From positions 1-62,006 of the forward strand of contig JBAYWF010000007.1 of NCBI GenBank assembly GCA_041674205.1: DNA of 62,006 nt, in the 5' to 3' direction. The stretch is from Parcubacteria group bacterium (lineage in GTDB: Bacteria; Patescibacteriota; Minisyncoccia; Moranbacterales; UBA2206). Shown here piece by piece: positions 27,833 to 34,856 of the stretch. A program made the position numbers and the translations under genes. How positions within the stretch are numbered: position 1 is the first letter of the stretch; every line of letters begins with the position of its first letter. Under the pieces are notes generated by a model that saw nothing but the letters and a program-made list of their open reading frames with translations, did not search any database and was not told the origin of the DNA.

Positions 27833-28012
27833 GTTTGCCAGAAGCTTCAAGCAAGCGTAAAATGTAGGTGGTAAGAGGATATCCATCTATAAACACTCTT
27901 CCTCATAAAAAACTAACAATAAAAAAGGTACCTGACCCAAATAACTTTTTTTCAAAGGCGGATTTGAAAGCATAGATTGGAGTGGATAAATATTATATTA
28001 TAATGAAAAAAT

Positions 28013-28462
28013 ATGGCAGAGGAATTTGAATTTTTTATGATTGGGCAGAAAGCCGCTCTTATCAGGGATGGAAAATGCTTGATCATTGAAATGGCAAGTA
28101 GGCCTGGTTTTTGGGAGCTGCCTGGCGGAAGAATAAACAAAGGCGAACTCAGAGAACAAGCTTTACGGAGAGAAATAAAAGAAGAGCTTGGATTGGATGA
28201 TTTTGAAATTTTGGGCGTGGTTGACTATGATGTCTGGCATCACAAAGGTGATGGCACGCCGTTTTGCGCTACTGTGCATTTGATAAAAAATGATTTTGAC
28301 AAGATTATTTTAAGCGATGAAAGTCTGCGATATGAATGGATCGCAGAAAATGAAATAGATAATTACAAATATTTTTGGGAAGCTTCACCGAAATTTATAA
28401 AAAATGGATTCAAATCGTATGGATTTATGAAAAAAGATCGGGAAATAGAGAAAGATGCCTGA
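28013..28462 (+). CDS. NUDIX hydrolase
   Basis: Nudix box GGRINKGELREQALRREIKEELGL. Confidence 0.8.
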   Translation: MAEEFEFFMIGQKAALIRDGKCLIIEMASRPGFWELPGGRINKGELREQALRREIKEELGLDDFEILGVVDYDVWHHKGDGTPFCATVHLIKNDFDKIILSDESLRYEWIAENEIDNYKYFWEASPKFIKNGFKSYGFMKKDREIEKDA

Positions 28463-28496
28463 CTCCTTTTTTCCATAATTATAATAGCCAAAAGTG

Positions 28497-28928
28497 ATGA
28501 AGCTAGAGAGGGCAACAATTGAAGATATCCAGGTGCTTTTGGAAATTGAAAAAACAACGGTGGGATTGAAGGTATATTCTGGATATTTCAATGAGAAAGA
28601 AATCGAGGGGTGGATTAAAAATGATGTCGTCTATCTTATCAAAAATGGGGAAAAAATTGCCGGCAGTATTTCATATGAAATAAAAGGCAAGGATCATGCA
28701 TATATAAGCGGATTAGTGATAAAGCCGGAATTTCAAAAACAGGGACTGGCCAAACAGGCGATGGAGTCGCTTTTTGGGGAATTGAAAGGCTTCGAAAAAA
28801 TAAGTCTCGTAGTCCACCCCGATAATCACGCAGCCAGGTTGTATGAATCATTTGGATTTGTGATTGAATCGCGCAAGGAAAACTATTTCGGTGATGGCGA
28901 GCCTCGCGTAGTTATGGTCAAACGCTAA
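28497..28928 (+). CDS. GNAT family N-acetyltransferase
   Basis: Acetyl-CoA motif A (VIKPEFQKQGLAKQAM) and YESFGF. The ATG at 28497 is preferred to the GTG at 28494. Confidence 0.75.
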   Translation: MKLERATIEDIQVLLEIEKTTVGLKVYSGYFNEKEIEGWIKNDVVYLIKNGEKIAGSISYEIKGKDHAYISGLVIKPEFQKQGLAKQAMESLFGELKGFEKISLVVHPDNHAARLYESFGFVIESRKENYFGDGEPRVVMVKR

Positions 28929-29065
28929 AGTTTAACGCTATTCATCAGAGCCATCGCACGCTCCAATCTAATCTCAATCACATCCCAATTTTCCAGTATA
29001 TTCTCTCGAAGCGCATACCCAAGCCCGTGCTGATTAAAACAAGGCTTATTCGAGCCTTGTTTTTG
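28925..29065 (-). repeat. cassette-junction module copy H (B-type mini-ORF lacking ATG; core GTGCTG), then hairpin type f
   Basis: Nearly identical to copy B across the module. It overlaps the GNAT stop codon. The hairpin AACAAGGCT-tattcg-AGCCTTGTT plus T-run matches copy F. Confidence 0.8.
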
Positions 29066-29243
29066 TATGAGTGCTTGACAAAAAAATGACTATGACAGAT
29101 AGTATTCTTAGAGTTCTAATTGGAAAAGTAGCCACACTTCTTATTAGGTCTTTGAAAATTATCATCAGGTAGTTTTCAGATCTTGAGATACTTATCTCAG
29201 GGAAATGTAGTTCTTATTATTTTTGCAAGAGGAGGTATAAATC

Positions 29244-29333
29244 ATGAAGTCCATTGTAAAAATCGAAAACATCGTTCTCCCGCCTGATTTCGTTTTTGAT
29301 GAAATCAGGCAACTCAACTCGGGCTCGGGCTGA
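29244..29333 (+). CDS. 29-aa candidate RiPP precursor/leader peptide (MKSIVKIENIVLPPDFVFDEIRQLNSGSG)
   Basis: Strong RBS (AGAGGAGG, 8 nt spacer), ATG start, TGA stop. Lies 135 nt upstream of a radical SAM/SPASM gene, with a hairpin+T-run attenuator in between. Confidence 0.45.
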   Translation: MKSIVKIENIVLPPDFVFDEIRQLNSGSG

Positions 29334-29414
29334 AGCATCAAATTTAATCACTCGGAGAGTGATACCTGCCGTATCTGCTGCGATTAAACTGGGCGAAGTG
29401 AGTCACTAAAACCA

Positions 29415-29453
29415 GCGGGGCGGGCTCATTTAGAGCTTTCCCCGCATTTTTTT
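29415..29453 (+). terminator. intrinsic terminator/attenuator between peptide ORF and radical SAM gene
   Basis: GCGGGG-19 nt-CCCCGC followed by ATTTTTTT. Confidence 0.5.
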
Positions 29454-29467
29454 AAGGAGGACTTGAG

Positions 29468-30466
29468 ATGGATCTTCGAGATGTGATAGATAGTTGTCAA
29501 ATTGATTTAACTAAAAATTGCAATTTGACCTGTTCGTTTTGTCGGCAAACCAACGAATCGGACTTGCCGGACAGCATGAGTTTCGTTCAATGGTCTTCGG
29601 TAATAGACCAGTTGCGCGGAATGAGCTGTAAGATGGTGGCTCTTGCGGGAGGTGAACCTTTGATGCATAAAGATTTCTTTTCAATTCTCGGTCTAGCAAC
29701 CGACATGATTGAGGATGTCTATGTGTTATCAAACGGAACATTGATCACGCAAAAAATTGCTACGCAGTTGGCCGAGAAGAAAATCAAGGGGTTGCAAATA
29801 TCCCTAGATGCTCTCAACCCAGTTTTGCATGATAAAATAAGGGGCAAGGTTGGCACTTGGGAGAAGGCCACGAGAGGAATGCGGTATGCGATAGACGCTG
29901 GAATCCCGGTAACTATCCGTACTACTGTTTATCGTGAGAACGTGCAAGAGGCAATGTCTCTCTTAGAATTCGCGCATGATATTGGGGCGAGAATCTATGG
30001 GATTAGGCGTGTGGTCCCGACAGGAAGGGGTGGATCGGTGGATTTGCTGAAGCCGGATGAATTGCATACATTGTTCGTGGCTTTGGCTAATAGAGCCAGT
30101 GAACTGAAGATGCGTCTTTCTTTGGGTGATCCATTTTCCCGTTCATTGCTGAATGAGCAATCATTTGTTGAAGGTAAGATAGGTGGATGTTCTGTTGGGC
30201 TGAATATTATGTATATAGCCCAAGACGGTTCGGTCTTGTTGTGTCCATGTCTCCCGGTGTATTGCGGAGATGTGAAACAGGATTCTGTGAAATCCATCTG
30301 GAGCGATGCAAAAGCTTATTCTGTTGCCAGATCTTTGCGATCAAATTTGCAGGGCAGGTGTGGAGAATGCAAGTACAAATTCCAATGCGGGGGCTGTAGG
30401 GCATCAGCTTTCTACTCATCTGGTAATATTTGCGGCGAGGATCCGGGTTGCTGGTACAAGCCTTGA
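29468..30466 (+). CDS. radical SAM protein with C-terminal SPASM domain (peptide-modifying maturase-like)
   Basis: CNLTCSFC (CX3CX2C) at residues 18-25, and GGEPL. The C-terminus has GGCSVG...CPC and CGECKYKFQCGGC...C auxiliary-cluster cysteines. Confidence 0.85.
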   Translation: MDLRDVIDSCQIDLTKNCNLTCSFCRQTNESDLPDSMSFVQWSSVIDQLRGMSCKMVALAGGEPLMHKDFFSILGLATDMIEDVYVLSNGTLITQKIATQLAEKKIKGLQISLDALNPVLHDKIRGKVGTWEKATRGMRYAIDAGIPVTIRTTVYRENVQEAMSLLEFAHDIGARIYGIRRVVPTGRGGSVDLLKPDELHTLFVALANRASELKMRLSLGDPFSRSLLNEQSFVEGKIGGCSVGLNIMYIAQDGSVLLCPCLPVYCGDVKQDSVKSIWSDAKAYSVARSLRSNLQGRCGECKYKFQCGGCRASAFYSSGNICGEDPGCWYKP

Positions 30467-30516
30467 GAGTGAGGGGGACGAATTTATTTAAAAAATCCCC
30501 CTTACTCTGAAATATT

Positions 30517-30948
30517 ATGAATAAAATTAATTTAGAAATTTTTGATAAAAAATATATTCCCACTTTGATGGGTTGGTATTCCAATCCTAATAATAGGAAA
30601 TACATGCTAACGCAAACTACTACGGAGGAGAATGCTTTTAAAATGATTCGGAATGATGAGAATAGAAAGTGCTATTGTATTGAGTTGGATAATCTGCCAA
30701 TCGGGTATATTGTGCTTATGAATATTCAATCTAAAATCGGAAGAGTTGTCATGATGATTGATGAACCATTTACCAAAAAAGGATATGGATTTCAATCGCT
30801 TGTCATTTTGGAAAAGGAGGCTGTAAAATTGGGGGTGGAAAGATTAACTTTGGAGGTTCGCACGGATAATGTCGCCGCTATTTCTCTTTATAAAAAATTC
30901 GGATTTGGTTTGAAGTATATCGAAGCAGTAATGGAAAAAGAAATATAA
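30517..30948 (+). CDS. GNAT family N-acetyltransferase (RimJ/RimL-like)
   Basis: 143 aa with KKGYGFQSL and YKKFGF motifs. No terminator between it and the radical SAM gene. Confidence 0.7.
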   Translation: MNKINLEIFDKKYIPTLMGWYSNPNNRKYMLTQTTTEENAFKMIRNDENRKCYCIELDNLPIGYIVLMNIQSKIGRVVMMIDEPFTKKGYGFQSLVILEKEAVKLGVERLTLEVRTDNVAAISLYKKFGFGLKYIEAVMEKEI

Positions 30949-31079
30949 AAATAAGTGCTTCATTGGATCCCATTTCTTTATTTTGAAATATTAAAGCGCA
31001 TTGGCAGTATTATATAATGGGTATATATTCATAATATATGCTTAGTTTAAAATCTAAAATAGAAAGGTGGGTGATAAAT

Positions 31080-31328
31080 ATGCCACAACAAGATACGACG
31101 GGACCGATGGGAATGGGACCTATGACCGGAAGAGGCGCGGGTTCTTGCGGAAAAGGATCCGGCTTAGGAATGGGCAGGGGTTATGGCAGGGCGATGTGTG
31201 GATGGTTTTATCAAAAATACCAGGCTATGCCGAAAAATGAAAGAAAAGACATGCTAAAATCGGAAATTGAAGATTTGAAACAAGAAATGCGAATGGTGGA
31301 GGAAGAACTGGAAGAACTGGAAAAGTAA
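31080..31328 (+). CDS. DUF5320 family protein (Gly/Met-rich N-terminus, coiled-coil C-terminus)
   Basis: MPQQDTTGPMGMGPMTGRGAGSCGKG... is the characteristic DUF5320 N-terminus. The ATG at 31080 is preceded by AGGTGG, and a terminator follows. Confidence 0.7.
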   Translation: MPQQDTTGPMGMGPMTGRGAGSCGKGSGLGMGRGYGRAMCGWFYQKYQAMPKNERKDMLKSEIEDLKQEMRMVEEELEELEK

Positions 31329-31412
31329 CCATTTCTATCATGAGCAGTCTTTCTCCTTCTTTGTCCAGTAAAGAGGGAGGAGATTGTTTTTGATAGCAGG
31401 ATTAATCAGCTA

Positions 31413-31700
31413 ATGAATAAATTTATGGTAAGGCCAAGAATGTTTCGCAGGCTTCGTTTCAGGCCCGAAAGTCACTATTTCAAACCCCAGGGAATTCCTA
31501 TGCATCAACTGGAGGAAGTGATCTTGACTAAAGAAGAAATGGAAGCGATAAAGCTGAAAGATTTTGACGGATTGGAACAGATTGAAGCTTCGGAAAAAAT
31601 GAATACTTCGCAAAGCACTTTTCAGCGGATCCTAACTTCGGCTAGAATTAAAATCGCCGAGGCGATTGTCAAGAGCAAATCATTAAAAATCGAAGAATAA
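31413..31700 (+). CDS. DUF134 (UPF0251) family putative DNA-binding protein
   Basis: FKPQGIP...LTKEEMEAIKLKDFDGLEQIEASEKMNTSQSTFQRIL matches the DUF134 HTH layout. Confidence 0.75.
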   Translation: MNKFMVRPRMFRRLRFRPESHYFKPQGIPMHQLEEVILTKEEMEAIKLKDFDGLEQIEASEKMNTSQSTFQRILTSARIKIAEAIVKSKSLKIEE

Positions 31701-31794
31701 CAACTTAAATAATATGCAAGTTACATAGTAATAAGGCTAAATCAAGCCTTATTTTAGGTGTAGTATCTTTGATTGCCGGGTCGCTACATCAATA

Positions 31795-31823
31795 TTGACA
31801 AGAAATCAAATTAATAGTATAAT
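31795..31823 (+). promoter_or_regulatory. perfect-consensus sigma70 promoter (TTGACA-17-TATAAT)
   Basis: Read directly from the sequence. Lies 60 nt upstream of the 499-aa ORF, which has RBS GGGAGGA. Confidence 0.55.
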
Positions 31824-31884
31824 GGCAAGTTCGTTTCCAATTTAATATATACAGAAAAATCAGAAAAACCATATCCTGGGAGGA

Positions 31885-33384
31885 ATGGCTATGAAAAAAA
31901 ATGAAATTATCGCGTCTGCGAAGAAAGTCCCTTTTTTATCAGGATGGAAACTGGATGAAGCAAAGAAGAGGATCGTTAGTTTCATCCTTAAAAACAATAA
32001 TTCTGAGCAGATAATGGGGAGGATAAGTCTGATTGCCAGCGCTCTCCATAGCGTAAGGGATCGGAACAAGGCAAAGAGCGATGGCGTATGGAGGTTGCTG
32101 ATAGAAACGCTTTTCGCGCAAAAAAAACAAGATGTGTTGCTGGATGGCTATTGGTGCACCAGACACTTTTTGGTGAATAATGGTAATGGGGAGAATGCCG
32201 GACTTAATAGGCTGATGATAGAGTTTTTCAAATTTTTGGGAGGCTCTGTTGACAACTCAATTATTTTTTGCCTGTATCTTTTTGAAATTTTCCATAAACA
32301 ATTCGTAGAGAGCAATACGATAGAGAAAATTTCTACGGCAAAATTGATCATTGATGAAAGGTTTTCTGTGGCGTATGATTTTATCGCGCTAAGCGTGGCT
32401 CTTCCGGAAAGAGCGGAATTTCCTCAATCCCTATGGTTTCACAATCTTATGAGAGCCGCTCAAAGCAATAAGGCTGCTATGGAAGTATTCCGTTCTATCA
32501 TAGCAGTTATTTCCGATGGGGGAAGTCAGGAAATAAAATTTATGGATTTCAGCAAGGCGACTTCCAATGAGTGTGTCCAATTCCTCAGCGGTCTTACGGT
32601 GGATTATAAAAACATCGTATTCGCCATTTCCTCAGAAGAGGACCGTATGTTGACTAAAAAATTGATGGAAGGGGAATCTTCTGATGCGCTTCGCATATTG
32701 AAAAATGGTCAGAAAGCTTATTCCTGGTTTCTTGAAAACAGGAATGAATTGATGATTAAAAAGAAAAGGAAATGCGAGGAGATTATGGAGAAGCCTTCGA
32801 GGGGGTTGAGATCCAATGGGGCTGATCATATCAAGATAGCCGTAAGCACGCTTTACGCTTCCGGAATAAAGGCCGTGGTTTTCCATCCCGAGGGCTATCA
32901 GTTTCCCGATATGAAAGTCAGGGTCATGGTATCAAAGTGGACGCCTCATTTCCTGTCTTTCGAGGGTGAGCTGAGAGGATTTGAGTTGATTGTTAAGGAG
33001 ATGCTCTTCGTCAATGGATGGTTTAAAAACTATACCGTTCTCAAAGAGATGCTGGAATGTATAATTATCGATGCGTTGCATCGTATAGTCGTCGTCCAGC
33101 GGGAGGAAATGAAGAATAGCGGAGGAACTAAAAAAACAAGCAGGAGTGCATCTGCCTGCGAAAAGGAGCGGGTCAGCGAAGTCCGTCCCCATTTCAGGAA
33201 GTTGCCGGAAGGATGGCAAGCCAGTGAGGAGGCCAAGGCCTGGGCTGAATCCCAGCAGGGTTGGAAACTGCCCCCGGGAAGGACTTTCGTAAGAGGCCAT
33301 TACCGGAATGGTCAAATCGATTATGGCGTTGAAACCGAACCCATAATCATATATGATGATGAGTTTTTGTGGGAGCTGATATAA
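31885..33384 (+). CDS. hypothetical 499-aa protein (orphan; basic C-terminal tail)
   Basis: Long ORF with good RBS, promoter and terminator. No family recognised. The C-terminus has a duplicated VRxH(F/Y)R motif (VRPHFRKLPEGW...TFVRGHYRNG). Confidence 0.65.
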   Translation: MAMKKNEIIASAKKVPFLSGWKLDEAKKRIVSFILKNNNSEQIMGRISLIASALHSVRDRNKAKSDGVWRLLIETLFAQKKQDVLLDGYWCTRHFLVNNGNGENAGLNRLMIEFFKFLGGSVDNSIIFCLYLFEIFHKQFVESNTIEKISTAKLIIDERFSVAYDFIALSVALPERAEFPQSLWFHNLMRAAQSNKAAMEVFRSIIAVISDGGSQEIKFMDFSKATSNECVQFLSGLTVDYKNIVFAISSEEDRMLTKKLMEGESSDALRILKNGQKAYSWFLENRNELMIKKKRKCEEIMEKPSRGLRSNGADHIKIAVSTLYASGIKAVVFHPEGYQFPDMKVRVMVSKWTPHFLSFEGELRGFELIVKEMLFVNGWFKNYTVLKEMLECIIIDALHRIVVVQREEMKNSGGTKKTSRSASACEKERVSEVRPHFRKLPEGWQASEEAKAWAESQQGWKLPPGRTFVRGHYRNGQIDYGVETEPIIIYDDEFLWELI

Positions 33385-33630
33385 CAGTAGCAGTTCCCAA
33401 AAAGGGATGCGGGGTATTTTTCTACCCTCCATCCCTTTTTTATTACGCGTGCTGGATGAGTAGGCAAAAAAATGAAGAATCTGCCTATGACGGCGATTTA
33501 ATATCGCCGTGTCCGAAGGTCCGACCTTCGGAATTTTTGCATCCGGGAGTATAATTGAATCGCAGGTCTATCATGTTTGCGATATGCAAAAAACAAAACC
33601 CGAGTATTTCATAATACGCGACTAAATGGA

Positions 33631-34203
33631 ATGAAAATAACAACGCTCGAAAACCAGATAGTCCAGAACGAGGACTGGTCAGGCAGGAAACCGGATCTTC
33701 TGGAAATTTATAATTGTAAATTTTCCAATTGTGATTTTTCCGATACCAGATTTCTCGGGACTAAATTCATAGATTGCCGGTTTTCGGCATGCAATTTTTC
33801 CAACACGGAAGTGCTGAACTGCAGTTTCCAAAACGTGGTTTTTAAAGACTGCAAAATGGTCGGTGTCGTGTTCAGCTTGGTCAATAAATTCCTGTTGGCG
33901 TGGGAATTCGAAGGCTGCGCCTTGACCCTGTGCAACTTCAGCAATTTGGACATCAAGAAATCTAAATTTTCAGATTGCTTGATCCGGAGCACGGATTTTA
34001 TCGATGTCGACCTGTCCGGATCGGATTTTTTAAATTGCGATTTGCAGGAAAGTAAATTTCAGAATGCCGACCTGCGGCACGCCGATTTTTCCGGTTCCCG
34101 CAATTACCGCATCAATCCGCTCAGCAACAAGATCGCGAAAGCCAAATTTTCCGCCGACGAGGTCATCTCGCTTCTCGGAGCTTTCGATATTATAATAACC
34201 TGA
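33631..34203 (+). CDS. pentapeptide-repeat protein
   Basis: Continuous A(D/N)LXX-type repeats (CKFSNCDFSDTRFLGTKFIDCRFSACNFSNTEVLNCSFQNVVFKDC...). The ATG at 33631 is preferred. Confidence 0.8.
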   Translation: MKITTLENQIVQNEDWSGRKPDLLEIYNCKFSNCDFSDTRFLGTKFIDCRFSACNFSNTEVLNCSFQNVVFKDCKMVGVVFSLVNKFLLAWEFEGCALTLCNFSNLDIKKSKFSDCLIRSTDFIDVDLSGSDFLNCDLQESKFQNADLRHADFSGSRNYRINPLSNKIAKAKFSADEVISLLGAFDIIIT

Positions 34204-34341
34204 TGGCCCATCTCTGATTTTTTGGCAAAGACAGAAAGCCTTTGTGGCATTAAAAATCCTGGCATCCTGGATTGCCTCGCGCACCGATAAAAAACAATCC
34301 CGAATGCCCGGGATTGTTTCGATGTCGATGGATTTTCACTT

Positions 34342-34584
34342 CTAGCGGCGCACGGCCCGCACAATCGCGATCAGCACGACGGCGCCGAGCAACGCCACGA
34401 GGAAACTATAGAGATTGAAACCGGTAACGCCTGAGCCTCCGGCGAAGCTTATGATCCATCCGCCTAGCACCGCACCGATGATGCCGACGACGATGTCCCA
34501 AATCAAACCGCCGCTGGATCCCATAACCATAGAGGCCACCCAGCCCACCAGGGCTCCGAAGATGACCCAGATAAGTATGCTCAT
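34342..34584 (-). CDS. GlsB/YeaQ/YmgE family stress-response membrane protein
   Basis: 80 aa with Gly-rich TM helices (GALVGWVASMV, VGIIGAVLGGWI). Confidence 0.8.
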   Translation of the reverse strand: MSILIWVIFGALVGWVASMVMGSSGGLIWDIVVGIIGAVLGGWIISFAGGSGVTGFNLYSFLVALLGAVVLIAIVRAVRR

Positions 34585-34856
34585 TTTTTTAAAAAATTAA
34601 TAATTATAACTATTTCGTAATACACTGGCCGGCGGTTTATATTTCGTGTGATTTTTAACCGGCAGCTGTTTCTGATCATGCTGTCCCGGTGGCACATACT
34701 GAAAAAGGCCGGGAAAAATTTAAAAAAACGGAACAATGGAGAGTCAGAATCGGAACCGGCTGGCCATATTGACAAAACATTCCAAATGTGACAAGATGCA
34801 CAGTTGGCTGGTGAGGAGGATAAACCTTCTTTTACAATATAACAGAGGTGCGGAAT

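Noticed and set aside
21640-29065. CRISPR array interpretation of the repeated ~95-bp element
   Set aside because: The repeats are ~95-130 bp and only ~70-95% similar. They are separated by 0.6-1.5 kb segments that are clearly protein-coding genes with their own promoters, and no cas genes are present. Neither the geometry nor the content is CRISPR-like.
21640-29065. Classical integron attC sites / CALIN
   Set aside because: The module is not an imperfect palindrome. The reverse complement of its right half does not match its left half, so no R''-L''/L'-R' bottom-strand hairpin can form. RYYYAAC/GTTRRRY-like heptamers occur only sporadically (GTTTAAC at 28930, GTTAAGC at 24966) and not in all copies. 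No intI-like gene is in the window.
21640-29065. Diversity-generating retroelement (TR/VR pairs)
   Set aside because: There are eight copies rather than a TR/VR pair. Differences are not adenine-specific, no reverse transcriptase gene is present, and the repeats are not at the 3' end of a target ORF in the coding sense.
29331-29333. Genome-wide reassignment of TGA (code 4/25) as the explanation for the in-frame TGA in the peptide ORF
   Set aside because: TGA terminates several well-delimited conserved genes in this window at the expected protein ends. Examples are the TPR protein at 20206-20208, msrA, msrB, the rSAM at 30464-30466 and the 10046-10543 ORF. Only local recoding (Sec or read-through) remains conceivable.
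33441-33545. Possible sRNA between the two hairpin/T-run structures after the 499-aa ORF (33396-33440 and 33512-33538)
   Set aside because: No convincing promoter precedes it. The second hairpin may simply be a back-up terminator or the terminator of a minus-strand read-through. There is not enough signal.
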